Shown: one piece after another, positions 49,253 through 61,775 of the stretch
How the letters are laid out: every line of letters starts with the position of its first letter
Position numbering within the stretch: position 1 is the stretch's first letter
Assembly (NCBI RefSeq): GCF_036321535.1
Contig: NC_087437.1
Coordinates: 81,098,001-81,162,000 of the forward strand
Direction: 5' to 3'
DNA: 64,000 nt
Origin: Camelus dromedarius
Taxonomy: Eukaryota
Program-made: the position numbers and the translations under genes
Notes under the pieces: generated by a model
What the model was told of the DNA's origin: nothing
Seen by the model: only the letters and a program-made list of their open reading frames with translations
Database searches by the model: none

Positions 49253-50556
49253 ATATATCCTTTCATCCCCCTTCCATGAGACCTAGAGCCCCTTGACCGT
49301 AGCTGTATTGTGCAAATTGTTCTAATCATGCTGCACTGAAATAGTTGACTTATTCATCTGCCTAGTTTACTAGAATCCACAATCTTTGTGATCAGACAGG
49401 TCATATTTGAATTGGTATCACTAATGCCTAGGACCTTGTAGTGAATGAATGGATAAAATGAAAAGCAGTTGAGAAAAAAAATCCTTATTCCTCAAATTCC
49501 CCAAAGTCATAGATTTCATTTTGATTTTTCAGTTGTTTGAAGTGAACCATGGTACCGCCCCTCTTCCTTTATAGTAAATATAGTGTTATTGATTGCACGT
49601 GACTGCCCCTCCCACCCACCCCCTGGAAAAAAACCCAGCATACTCCAGACTTTAAAGACTAATTTGGGGAGAATTAGATCAAGGGAGTGTATGCAAGTGA
49701 CAACTGTATATGTCTTGGGATGAAAGTATTCTGAAGGATGAGAAGCTGTTGACTTAGAAGGCAGTCTAGCAGAAAGTAATTTTCCTGTTTGGCTGTTGGT
49801 TGGGTTATAAAGCAGGTAGTGAAGTTTTTGCCCTTTTGGTAAAACTGTTAGCCCCGCCAACTGGTGCTGAAATGTCAACATTGGCAGGTCCAGTCTGTCT
49901 CATTCAGTCATCCAAAGTCACCAGACGGTGAAGTACTGGCCCGAGGAATCAGGACGCTGGGAATTCTGACCAAGGTGGAAACTGGTTGTTTTGGCTGACA
50001 TGGAACTCACTTATACAAACAGCTGGGCAAACAGATATAAAGGGCCCCCGGAGGAAGAGAACATTTTTCTACTCAGATTTTTGGCAAAATGGCATTTCTT
50101 TAATTCAATAGCAAACATCCTCTGTGAATTTGATGACCATGATGTCCTCATAAAAAGTTAACTAGTTGACTCCTGGCAAGTTGTAGCTCTATGAGAATTG
50201 TCCGGTGTGTCTTATGAGGGGAGCTCTCCAGGTGAGCGGGACCTTTTATTTCCTAAACTCTGGGAGCACATGCTGCATGTGGGAACATGTCCTGCAGCCA
50301 GCAGACTGGCCACAAGTCACTGAAGAGGGGACAGGCTATTCTGCTTGAGCTGAAGCAGAGGTCACGGGAGGCTCTGGTTTGAGCTTCCTGCTAACACTGA
50401 TCATGTATGCGTAAAGTCAAACTGAGTTTTATCTAAAGTCACCCATTCTCTGCCTTTGGCAACTGTCTGTGTGGATTATGGGATTTTAACCACAACTCTT
50501 TCTGTACTTTTTTTTTTAAATGCCATTTTTCCTTAGATTTAAATGATCTTGGAAGT

Positions 50557-50703
50557 GGGGAAGGTGTAGCTCCGTGGTAGAGTATGTGCTTCGAATGCAC
50601 AAGGTCCTGGGTTCAATCTCCAGTACCTCTGTTTAAAAAAAAAAAAATTGATTTTTAAATAAATAAATAAACCTAATTACCTCCCTCCTAAAACAAACTA
50701 AAA
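50557..50703 (+). mobile_element. tRNA-Ala-derived camelid-type SINE
   Basis: GGGGAAGGTGTAGCTCCGTGGTAGAGTATGTGC...GGTTCAATCTCCAGTACCTC...(AAAT)nAAACCTAATTACCTCCC. Confidence 0.92.
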
Positions 50704-51603
50704 GAATCTTTCTTTATATATATGTAAATTATTTTAATTAGGATTTTTTCAGATTTTTCAGATATTCTCTTACATATTCTTTTATTTATTATGTGTTTTC
50801 TTATATTATAAGACGCACAAGACGGGATGTCTTCTGTTCACCTCTAAAGCTGTGTGCTATTAATTCATGATTTCCTGAATACTCAGAATCTCTTTTCCTC
50901 TACTGTTCTTATTTAGATCCCTGATTCATCACCTGAATTGTGTATTTTTGGTGAAGTAATTACATTTGTAATGTAGGGAGCACAATGGCCAAAGTTTGTA
51001 GCTGAGTCCCTATCCTCCTTACACCAGGCAACCTGCCACCCAAAGCCCCTCATCACCAGTGACAGCAGAATTGGAAGGCAGGGAAGCTAGAAATTAAAGG
51101 CATGGAAGCAGGAAGGCAGGGTGGGTGCAAGCAGTGAGAGGCCTATGGGAAGAGAAAGAGAGTTTCAGTCTAGTTACTCATATCAAATTGCCCATTATTA
51201 TAAGTAGCAATTATTTTTGTGTGGTCTTGGTGAACGTGGTTGCTATATAGAGCCATAAATAAAAGATGGTGTGAATGGGGCCATTTAGAGTTTTGCAATG
51301 TGCAACTTAACTGTCAGTGGGATCCCTGTTTCTGGAAGACACATTGTAGAGCTGCTTGTGTTTACTACAGACTAGCTCTTTGCAAGTTCTCAGAAATTCT
51401 CTATTGGGCCTTGGTGAAGGGTTGGGAAGAGAGTGATAGAGGATCTGTGGGATTTTGAGGAAGAATTCCGAATCTGGAGATCCAGAGAGCCAGGGTACCA
51501 TGAGCCATATGGGATTGATAGTTAGAATATAAGAATTTGAAATTTTAAAAGGATTTTGTCTAGTATTATTCTGTGAGTGTTTTTAATTATAATTCTGCAT
51601 ACA

Positions 51604-51630
51604 CACCACCACCACCACCACCACCATCAC
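51604..51630. repeat. (CAC)n trinucleotide microsatellite
   Basis: (CAC)7 CAT CAC. Confidence 0.9.
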
Positions 51631-52734
51631 CAAAGCAATTTAATTCCTTCCACCTATCTTGTCTGGCAAGCCATCGTGCGCTGCAGGATGGGCCTGGACT
51701 TTCCTTATCTCCGTAACCACCTTGCACAGGCTTTCCTTCTGGTGGAAGTTCGTTCACTCATCTTGCCATTACAGCATTTGCAGAAGTAGTTTTTATAATA
51801 CCCAATATTATTTGATTAATAGCAACATTTAGTCTTCATTCTAAAAATAGTTAATGGAAGCTGCCAGGCTTTTCTTATTATGGAAAATTTCTAGTTGTAT
51901 CACTGGCTTTCAGGTGGTGGTTTCTGTGGTTGTTATTGATAAGAAAAAACCATGTTATAGACTATTGACTATACATCTCTGTGGAAGGATCAGGAACAAC
52001 TGAAGATAACTGTCAAATTGCCTTGGTCACTCCCTTTACCCTAAGGCCATCACAGGAAAACAAATGAAATTCCATGTGAGTTTCTTTCTACTTCTAATGC
52101 CTTTCCTTGAATCATGGTACCAGGCCAGGGGGAGTCATTTGCACCCCACTATGTTACATGATATCTTTTTGAGTCCCTAAGGATTAAACTGAATGTTAAG
52201 TTATTGACAAGCCCTATGTTAAAATTATAGTTTGTATAACTTAGCATTACAGTTCGACTAAATACAGTCTGTGCCATTGGCTATGGTTTCTTTCTTTCTT
52301 TCTTTTTCTTTTGGAAACTTTTGAATGTGTTGTCAGATAGTCACTACCCTGCTTCATACGTAAACTTGAGGTGTGGCATCTTAATAGCTCCTTATTGGGG
52401 TGCTCTGATCATAAAAGCATTGAATTGTTTCCACTTGCAAGCCAACTGTCCAAGAAGAACATGGAATACACTTGAAACTTAGAATTTTCAGTTCTTGGGG
52501 CATAATAATGCCTGAAAAGGACTTGCTGATTTTATATATGTACCATTTGGTGAGTGGTAAATAATAATATTAGGCACTATTAAAACTACTTTTACCAGTG
52601 CTGTAATGGCAAGATGCTTGAATGACCTTCCATCAGAAGGAGAGTCTGTATAAGGTGGTTACAGAGATGAGGAAGATTTGGCTCATTCCACAGTGGCATG
52701 ATGGCATGCCAGGGAGATTCAACTGTGTTGAAAT

Positions 52735-53585
52735 GCTGTTCTGTTCTGTTTTGTTGCTGAATCAGATCCCATTGTATGGGTAAGCCATAATTTGTTTATC
52801 CATTCAACTGTTGATGGACATTTGGGTTGTTTCCAGTTTGGTGCTGCTTTGAATATCTGCATACAAGTCTTTGCATAGACTTATATTTTCATTTCTCCTG
52901 GGTAAATACCTAGGAATGAAACTGATGGCTTATTTGGTGATTGACCAATAGTTTTCACAAGTGGTGAAACCTTATGAAACTTTTAACATTTACACTCAAA
53001 ATGTATGAGAGCTCCAGTTGCTCTAAATTCTGCCTAACTCTTGTTACTGGCTGTCTTTTAAATGTTAGCCATTCTTATGTGTATGGTATCTCACTGTGGT
53101 TTTAACTTGTATTTGCCTGAAGGCTAAGGATGTTAGCCTGAAGTTGGTAAACTATGACTGGGTGACCAAATCCAGCCAACTGCCCATTTTTATAAATATA
53201 GTTTGATTGGAACACAGACACATCCATTTGTTTACCTAATGTCTATCGCTACTCTTGTACTGCAATGGCAGAGTTGAGCAGCTATGGTAGACAATATCTA
53301 CCCTGCAAGGTCAGAAATATTTACTGTTTGACTTCTTCCAGAAAACATCTGACAACCTGAGGTTGAGCATCTTTCCGTATGCTTATTGGCCATCATGTAT
53401 CTCCTTTGGTGTGGGATCCATTCAAATCTTTTGCCCTTTATTCTTAAATGTTTTGTTTTCTTATTGAGTAGAAAGAATTCTTTTAAATATTCTGGCTACA
53501 AGTCCTTTAATAGGTAAATGTATTGCAATATTTTCTGCCAATCTAGTCTTTTCCTTGTTAGTCCTTTTACAGCTTAAAACTAAAA
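52735..53585 (-). mobile_element. Old L1M ORF2/3' fragment hosting a MER58A
   Basis: gttgatggacatttgggttgtttccagttt, gggtaaatacctaggaatg, tggtatctcactgtggttttaacttg, gttgagcatcttt. Confidence 0.85.
53138..53360 (+). mobile_element. MER58A hAT-Charlie, near full length
   Basis: aaactatgactgggtgaccaaatccagcc...ttggaacacagacacatccatttgtttac...aatatttactg; degenerate duplicated target (tgttagc / ggttgagc). Confidence 0.88.
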
Positions 53586-56500
53586 TTTGATCAAAATCTA
53601 AAATAATCAGTTTTTAAACCTATGCTTGTGTTCAGATATGTTATATCTGAACTGGTGGAAACTGATTTAATTATTTTTATGTCTTAGAAAATTTGATCTG
53701 ATACAACAAAATAAGTGACTGAACAAATACAGAGGTTTGCAATGTAAATATAATGTGTGTAAAAAAAAGAAACATACTGTGGGTAAGAATAGGGTTTATT
53801 CTTTGATCCTGAAACAGCTGAGTCATTATTTTATTGACATAACAATTAAAGCTATGCTTTTACTTAATATCTTATGAAAATAATTGCTGATCTGATTATT
53901 CCCAAACTTGCTACTTAGTGTTTTACAACACTGAGTGCTTATGAGGGAAGTCAATCATTGCTACTACACTAATAGATATTTTTCAGTTTTAGAAGAGAGA
54001 TTTAGCATTTTGCAGTTTTTCCCTTGAAGTGATTTTATCAACTTGATCAACTTCATATCAGCAATTTAGACCGCATTCTGAAATATTTAGGAAAGTATTA
54101 AGACAACCTTAAGAGAGATTAGACATGGGAGAATTCCTCCTACTGAGTGAGTTGTAATGGTTACTCCTTTGTCGCAGATCAGCCACTGGATGTCCAGGGT
54201 AGTTCACCTGGGTTAGCTAAGTGCCATGCGGTTGGGCCATGTTTCTTTGCAGAGTTGTACTGAAACGGACCACAGCCACTCAGAATTCTGGGCTCAGCAT
54301 TAAATGTCAGCCCCACACCTGTGCCTACAGCAATACAGCCTGCCTCCTCTGGTTGATCTGGAAGGTTCTGTGAACTTGCAGTGCTCTACCTTTTGTCTGA
54401 TTTTTTCTCATCTCCCTGCCCTCCTAGCTGTTTTTAATGCCACAGGGCATGCATTTTCTTTTACAAATTAAAAGGGGATTAATTCTAATTTTGTTTTGAA
54501 AGGCATTTTTTTTCTTTTAGAATTTCACAATACCCTTTGAAATATTTAGAGACACCCTAGTGTGTTGTAAACAGAGGATTAGAAACAACTGTCGTAGATC
54601 CAAAGTTCTGCTTTGCCAGCGTGCATTTTTTTTTTCTCAGCCATTCTAGTATTGCTTTCCTGAAACATTCACATTCTTCATTTTCTCTCCTCTTGATGCT
54701 TTGTTTCTCATATACGGCACAATAAAATGTCCTTCCATCACTCTTCTCTGCACTCCTGCGCTTTCCTCCGTGATCTATATGCTGCTTTACTTATGAATGT
54801 TTTCCTAGTTGAGTTTGTATCATGTTGTATTTTTTTTTATTATTATCTGTACCTTAAGTCATTCATCTGAGGTCCTCATACTAACTGTTGAAAAGTAACT
54901 GTCACTGCATGACTAGGTTTCCTAACCATTCAGCCAGAATTACTCAGAGTGAAGCTAAACTTATCAAAGGTGAAAAATTATTATAGAATGCATTGATACA
55001 TACTCTAAAATATTGGGGAAGTTGTTTAAAAATGTATAATTGAATATGGGTACAGGCACTCATTTCAAGGGACACAAACTTATTCGGATGAAAAGGACAA
55101 AAATTGCATAGCCATTTTGCTGGGCTCTGAAAGGGTCAATAGAAAGTAATAACTGAGTGAGCAAAGGCGTGCAGAGGGAATCCATGCTGGGTGACAACGT
55201 GAGCACAGGTGTAGGGCCAGGGCCTCGTATGCACTGCAGACTGGGAGGAGGTTTATACTGGCCAAAGAGACATGAGATGTGTTGGGAAGTAATGAGAAGT
55301 CACATGTGGTGAGATAATGAAGGGATCTGAGTTCCAGCTCCAATAAGGAAATGGGAGGATGGTCTCAAAATACTATTCAATTTGTGATACTGTTTTGAGA
55401 AAAGATTTGTTTGTGTGCATCTTTCTCTTTCAGGACTTTTTCAAGTTTAGCTCTAGAAAGTAGTATGAGTTGGAGTTTTGGAGAAAGTAGGTCAGATGAA
55501 TGCCAGTTTATTCCAAAATTTCCATGATGTTGATATCTTCATTGACATAAATTATTAGCAAAAGGGAGAAGGACTGGAGTCATGAAAATTCCCGGCAGAG
55601 GAAGTGAGAACGCTTCCACCAACAAAATAGTTAGAAATTCTGTTTCCAGCCTTCCTTTTCCTCAGTTGGTGCAGCCATCCTTTCTGCTTTCCAGGAGGAG
55701 AAATAATGTGGTACCTCAGGCCACAATCCATGAGTAAAGGTCTAATGTGATGGTGCTGTGACTCTTGGCTCTTAGTCCAACTGGAGAGCAGCCTAAATAC
55801 ACAAAGATTCCTAATCTCTTCTTCCCAACATTGTGTTAGAAATGGGACAGTTGTGTTTTGATTTATTGTGAGATCTGATAAATTTCTACGGTAGCAGAAG
55901 ATGTGTTTGACTTGTATTTGTTCTGTTTCATTGAGCAGAATGGGTAACTTGAGTTAATCTGGGCACATAACCAAGAAGAAGAACACTGCCTGAGCCAAAA
56001 TATGTGTTATGTCTGAAGTATATATAAATCACCTCATCAAAATCTAATGAAGTTAGGGCAAAACATTAGCAGTTAGCATCACTTTGGGCATTTTAGTTGA
56101 GGGGTTGGCCACTCCTTACTCTACTGGGTCATGACAAAGTTCTCAGTAAAAATGAGAGCAGGAGGTCCAGTCTAGGGAGAACCTAAGATCCAGTTTTGAC
56201 CGTGCACGTAGAGTGCCAGAGGTGTGGCTGCCCTCAATTTTTTCCTTTGTGCTATAAGAGAATTGGACTAGATGAGTTGGGGATGAGTCTTGCTCGGGTT
56301 TCGGAAAAGCCACTCAATATCCCTGAGTTTCAATTCTGCCACAAGTATGGGAATGGCCATCAGAGACCCAAAAAGGACGTAGAAATTTCATCAAATTCTT
56401 GGGAAGTACAAAGTACTATGTCCACACCTGGAAATGGTAGTACTGGCTGTGGACGTAAGAGAGTAGTTCCCACAGTCTGATATCCAACACCAGGCTGTTT

Positions 56501-56756
56501 TTATTTTTTCGAAGACCTAATGGAATCATTCTATGTAGCTGTATTGAGGTGGTCCAGGATGACTTTTGACTGAAATAGTACAAATTTAGTGTGATGACTT
56601 TTGAAAGTCCATGCTGTTCAGGGGGGCTGACTGGTATGCAGTCTCTGATAAATGAGAAATAGAATGTGAATTATTAAGTTAGTAAATACAATCTTCCTAA
56701 TAGGTAAAATTTTTTAAAAATATGAAATCCCTGTGAAAAAAAGAAAGAAAATAATT

Positions 56757-57374
56757 GAGGTCCATGATTTCTTATCTAAAACTCTTGAGGCCAGACACAT
56801 TTTAGAATTCAGAAAATCCTTGAATTTTTGAAATGTACTAGGATGCCTAGACCATGTATTAAGTAACTGCTTCAGTGGAGTCTTGATCAGCACCCCTTAA
56901 TTAACACTTAGATATTCCTACAATTAAATATGTGCATCAGTTACACTGACTATTCAGTGAGATTAAAGAAAGACTAAATGACCTCATTACAGTTCAGATT
57001 GAGGTGTTTTTTTTTTAATTGAAGTATAGTTGGTTACAATGTGCCAATTTCTGGTGTACAGCACAATGTCCCGGTCATGCATATATATACATATATTTGT
57101 TTTCATATTCTTTTTCATTGAAGGTTATTACAAGGTATTGAATATAGTTCCCTACGCTATACAGAAGAATTTTGTTATTCATCTATTTTTATATATAGTG
57201 GTTAACATTTGCAAATCTCAAATTCTCAAATTTATCTCCTTCCACCCACTTCCCCCCAGTAACTAGTAAACAGATTAAGTTTTGTTGCCAAATTAGTTTG
57301 ACATGAATGTACAAAAACTTTACAAAGCTTTTTTGGATTTCTGAACTGTGGCTAAAGTGTTATTGATGGACCTG
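56757..57374. mobile_element. MER46C-like TcMar-Tigger element split by an L1 3' end
   Basis: Inverted termini aggtccat...atggacct; internal ttagaattcagaaaat and agcttttttggatttctgaa. Confidence 0.7.
57007..57263 (-). mobile_element. L1 3'UTR fragment with tail
   Basis: T-tail, then aattgaagtatagttggttacaatgtgccaatttctggtgtacagcac; homologous to 30134-30400. Confidence 0.92.
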
Positions 57375-57384
57375 ATTAAGTAAC

Positions 57385-57595
57385 CAATTATTGAGAAATT
57401 ACTATGTGCCAGCTTAAAGATAGTGCCATTTGCACTAGCCTTTCTAAACAACCTGTCAAAATAGACATTGTTATCCATTACCCATAATTTACAAATCAGG
57501 AAACAAGGCTCAAACCCAGTTTCGTGAGTAGCCAGAGGTACACTTGTAAGTCAGTGGCAGGGTTGCAGTTTGAACCCAGCTCCTTCTGGCCCCAA
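57385..57595 (-). mobile_element. MIR SINE
   Basis: attacccataatttacaaatcaggaaacaaggctca...gtggcagggttgcagtttgaacccag. Confidence 0.75.
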
Positions 57596-58436
57596 GGACA
57601 AAGACAGTGTTGTTTCCTTATTGCTTGGTCAAGACCTTTGGTTGGTATGATTGTCTGCCCCTGTTGCCTACATTGTTAAAAAACAATAATAATGCCTTGA
57701 AAATGTAGGGTTTCTCCCCTTCCTCTGCAGCCTCTTCGGGAAGGTTCACCCAATGATCATGTATAAAGTAATGATGCCCAGGTGGATCTGTACCCCCTTC
57801 CTGAGCATTACACTTAGGTTGTCGACTTCCTGTTGGCATTTCCATGTAGTTGTCTCACCAATCCAGCAAACTCCAAGTAGAAGTAAGCATCTTTCTTCTC
57901 AACCCTTCTCCTTTCAGAAGTCCCTATTCTACCATCTCAATTACCCCTAAGCCAAAACCTAACCACTTCCCTCCCTTTCCAACTCTGTTAATCACTAAGT
58001 CCTGGGAGGGTGCAGCTGGAGATCACTGTTGAGGAGGCTGGGGCTTTTCAAACTGCAGTAATTCAACTTACTAGTAAGAAATTTCAGATCCTTTTACCAT
58101 TCCCAGACAGTGTGTATAAAATGAAGGTTCTGAACAATTGTGGACAGCCAAAATAGTCTTAAATCCCATTTACCTCTCAATAATAAACCTACCAAATATA
58201 AAACCCTAAAGTTTTACTTTATACTCTAGAGTGCTTTATATGTTATTAAGTCTATTTTCTTCGATCTCAAAATCTCCTGTATTTTAGCATGTAGGTGGAT
58301 GTGTTGTGATATTGAGTAGCTCAATAACATGTTTTCCAATAACAGTGCCTCTAGGAACTGACCTTTGCTCCAAATTTTTCTTGGGGCTTGAAAGAGGTGA
58401 AGTAACAGCCACCTATTTTTTCGTTCCCATCTTTAG

Positions 58437-58616
58437 GTAAAAAGCCAAACCTGAAAGTCCACATCAACACCACAAGTGACTCCATCTTCTTGAAGTTCCT
58501 GCGTCCAAGTCCTAATGTAAAACTGGAAGGTTTTCTCCTGGGATATGGCAGCAATTTATCACCAAACCAGTACTTCCCTCTTCCTGCAGAAGGGAAATAC
58601 ACCGAGGCCGTAGTCG
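58437..58616 (+). CDS. ABI3BP: ABI3BP (TARSH/NESHBP) internal coding exon 2, N-terminal part of the mature secreted extracellular-matrix protein
   Basis: Acceptor ...tttttcgttcccatctttag| (AG 58435-58436) and donor TCG|gtaaga (GT 58617-58618); 180 bp, phase 1-1, no stop. Translation (G)KKPNLKVHINTTSDSIFLKFLRPSPNVKLEGFLLGYGSNLSPNQYFPLPAEGKYTEAVV(D) closely matches my recollection of human ABI3BP GKRPNLKVHINTTSDSILLKFLRPSPNVKLEGLLLGYGSNVSPNQYFPLPAEGKFTEAIVD. Contains an N-T-T glycosylation sequon. Not in the ORF track because it is an internal exon. Confidence 0.96.
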
Positions 58617-60034
58617 GTAAGATGTCTGGGTTTCAGGCATGGGAAGAAGAAGTAAAAGGTAATGAGTAACACTTGATGTGTAATCTTAAAGGCAAATACC
58701 ATTTCTTCTACGTCATCAGCTGAACCAAATACCAGAATTACAAATCATCTTCATAATTGTAACCCGTAGCAGAACTCTTTACATCAAAAAATATGTAATG
58801 CATACTCTGTATCTACTGCAGAAATCAATAACTTCATTGGTATTATAGCTACAATCCCTGACTACATAACTAAAATTGCATAGAGGAAAAATTAGCCAAA
58901 ATACCTGGGCTTAAATTTCTGTAACATAGCTTGTTTATGGGGATTAATTTTCCTCCCTGCAGTGTCTTTACTTTCTTCTGGTGAAAAATATCAACTATAG
59001 CTTTCTGGATGTCTCTTCATTAAGAAGCTGCCTTTCAAAAGGAAAAAAAATGGAATACACTTAAAATTTTTAGAGTTTTTTAGATGAAATGGTTAAAGCT
59101 TTTGTAGGTATTATAAAATTTTACATTTCCTTAAAAAATGTTTTTAACTGCATCAAAATATAATTTAAGGATGTGGCACCTTCAGACCTTCTCCAGAAAA
59201 ATTATTTGCAAATAAAAGGTTTTTTAACAGGGTATTTCTTAAAAAGGGATCATTTATTTTGAACTCTGTCAAAGGTTTCCTGACCTAAGATAAGATTTAT
59301 ATTTTGCCCCACTGCTAGGATTATTGCTTAAAAACCTTCCTACGACCTTCCAGAGTTTAATCCTGCACCTTGAACTACTGTAGGACCGATCTGACTTTCC
59401 TGCATATATGGAGGGGATGTTGAAGGTGAATCCAGATTGTCCTGCAGCCCTTGTTTCCTCTTAAAGAAGTCTCTGTTTTACTTTAAAATTAGGGAAGAGA
59501 GTAGCATTATGAATTATAAGTCTCTAGATTAGACTTGACATAAGATAAGCACTTTAAAGCAAACACACTACCTTTTGTTGCCCCCCAAAATATGAGAATT
59601 GTTTGCACTTTGACAAATGTAACAACACTAACCTTAACCATATAAACCATAAAGAATTTGAATATTTGCAAATATTCCCCCACCATGTTCACTGTTAACT
59701 ATAAAAAGTGACCAGAAGCTATATACGTACCCACACCACAAATAGAAGCAGATCTACTGTTCCTTTACTTAGTGAGCATTAGAAGTTATATATTAATGAT
59801 CATGCTTTCTCCTTGATTATGTAGATTGAGAATTTAAGGAATAGTAAACTTCCTTTCCTTATGAGGTAGAAGGCATTCAGTCTTAAAAGTGATAGAAAGA
59901 TTGCTCATGAAAACTGTGCAGAAAGCTAAAGAAGATTTCTAGCACAAATATACCGACCTTTCACTAGTTCAGTGATGAGGGATGATCAAAGGACTAGGTA
60001 CCCTTTCATTTATTAACAGCTGTTTTCATCCCTT

Positions 60035-61130
60035 CTAACTTTTTATTCTGAAAAAAATTCAAACACATAAGGAGAGAGAAACCTATAATGACCCTCACGC
60101 CTCATCGTGCAACTTGGACACATATCACTGTTTTGCTACCTCGTTCCATGTTCATCATACATGCTATTTGGGGGGGTATTTTAAAGCATAACTAGATATC
60201 ATATTTGTCAAATCTGTGAACACTTCGGTATGCATCTCTGACAGGTAAGAAATATTTTAAATAATGCCTTGCCTTTATCACATTATAACAATAATTCCAT
60301 TATATTGTTTTATACCTAGTCCATACTTAAATTTCTCTGGTGATTTTTAAAAATGTCTTCTTAGAGTTGTCTCTTTTTGGAATCAGGATCCTACAAGGTC
60401 TATATGTTGCATTTGGTTGTTATATCTCATAAGCCTCTTACTCTGTAACGGTCCTCTCTCCTTGCCCCTTTTAAATGTCTTTGATTTGCTGGAGTAATTG
60501 GATTATGAGTCTTGGTCTACATTCTATATTTAACCGGTTGCTTTCATGTATTTTTGAACTGACTCCTCTATCTCTGTATTTCCTATGAAAGACATTTAGA
60601 TTTGGAGTCAGCTTTTGAGGGGGGGTGCATAATATTTTATAGGTGGTACTGTGGATTTCCTAACAACTCACCAAAGAGATGCATAATGGCTGGTGTCATA
60701 CTTAGTGATATTAAGGCTGGTTGGTGTGTTTAGGTGGCCTCAGCCTGATCCTTCCATTGTAAAATTCATCATCAAATTTGTCCTTAATGGTTTTAGCATC
60801 TAGCAATGATCATTGCCCATGTCTATTCTTCTACACATGAGTTGTAAAATGGCAGTTTTACATTCTAGATAGAATCCACCATTCCTGCTGCATTTTTTAG
60901 CTGAAATCCTACATTAAAGAAGAATTTTATTTACTCTTTTACTTTCCTTATATATGTTTTGAGAAAGACAGGAAAAATTCTCATTGTAATAAATTGCTGC
61001 CTTGGAAACCTGCAGTGGTGACCAATGATATTGTTGTTTGTTTTATATGTTTTATAATCAGTAAGAATGCATTGGGTTTTTTGCATTGGTTTTTAGATAT
61101 TTAATTGTTTTTAATCAATGTGTCAGTTAT
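60035..61130 (-). mobile_element. Old L1M (L1MC-like) 3'UTR
   Basis: acttttattctgaaaaaaattcaaacacata, gaatcaggatcctacaagg, cagcctgatccttccattgtaaaatt. Confidence 0.75.
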
Positions 61131-61775
61131 CCACCCTTATGATTCTTCCCACTGTCTGGCTTGAATATGGTTGGTTGTTTAACCTTGGTTCACTATTAAA
61201 CTGTGAACTTCTTAAAGTCAAAGTTTATGCCTTATTCTTTGGTTATTCATAGCAGAATGACCTATGTTGAGTAGATAGGCAGTAAATATTTGTGGCGCTG
61301 AATTGAATTGAGTCAAGTCTGTGTATAATATTCAGGCTGGAAGAGGCCATGAGAGATCGCTGAATCTAGGCCCTTGTCATCAGGTTAGTATATACCTAAA
61401 CCATCCAAGCCATATAAAACAGATCATTTGTATCTTAAAGGCCTCTAAGCACAAAGATTCCCAAACTTCTCCTGGAAGGCTATTCCTAGTAGCATTTTTA
61501 GAATTCTTACCTTATCCTATAGATCAGTATGTTCCTTTTATTTATCTCCTTTCTCTTCCAGTCTTCTAGTGGAAGCAGACAAAAACATTCCTCTTAGAAA
61601 TTTCCTCTTCCATCTTTCTTTATGCCAAGGAATTTGTGTGCTTCTACTTTTATTACTTCAAAATAGACTTGCATTTCCAAATTAAACTGTTATTCTTTGG
61701 TTGCTTAAATTGACTATTTACAGTCTTTCTTAATGGTATGGGTGTATTAATGGCTCTTAAATGATTAAGTAGCTG

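Noticed and set aside
51577..51789. Poly-His ORF (also the RD-repeat ORF at 32284-32520)
   Set aside because: Translations of microsatellites.
58351..58602. 83-aa minus-strand ORF
   Set aside because: Antisense shadow of the ABI3BP exon.
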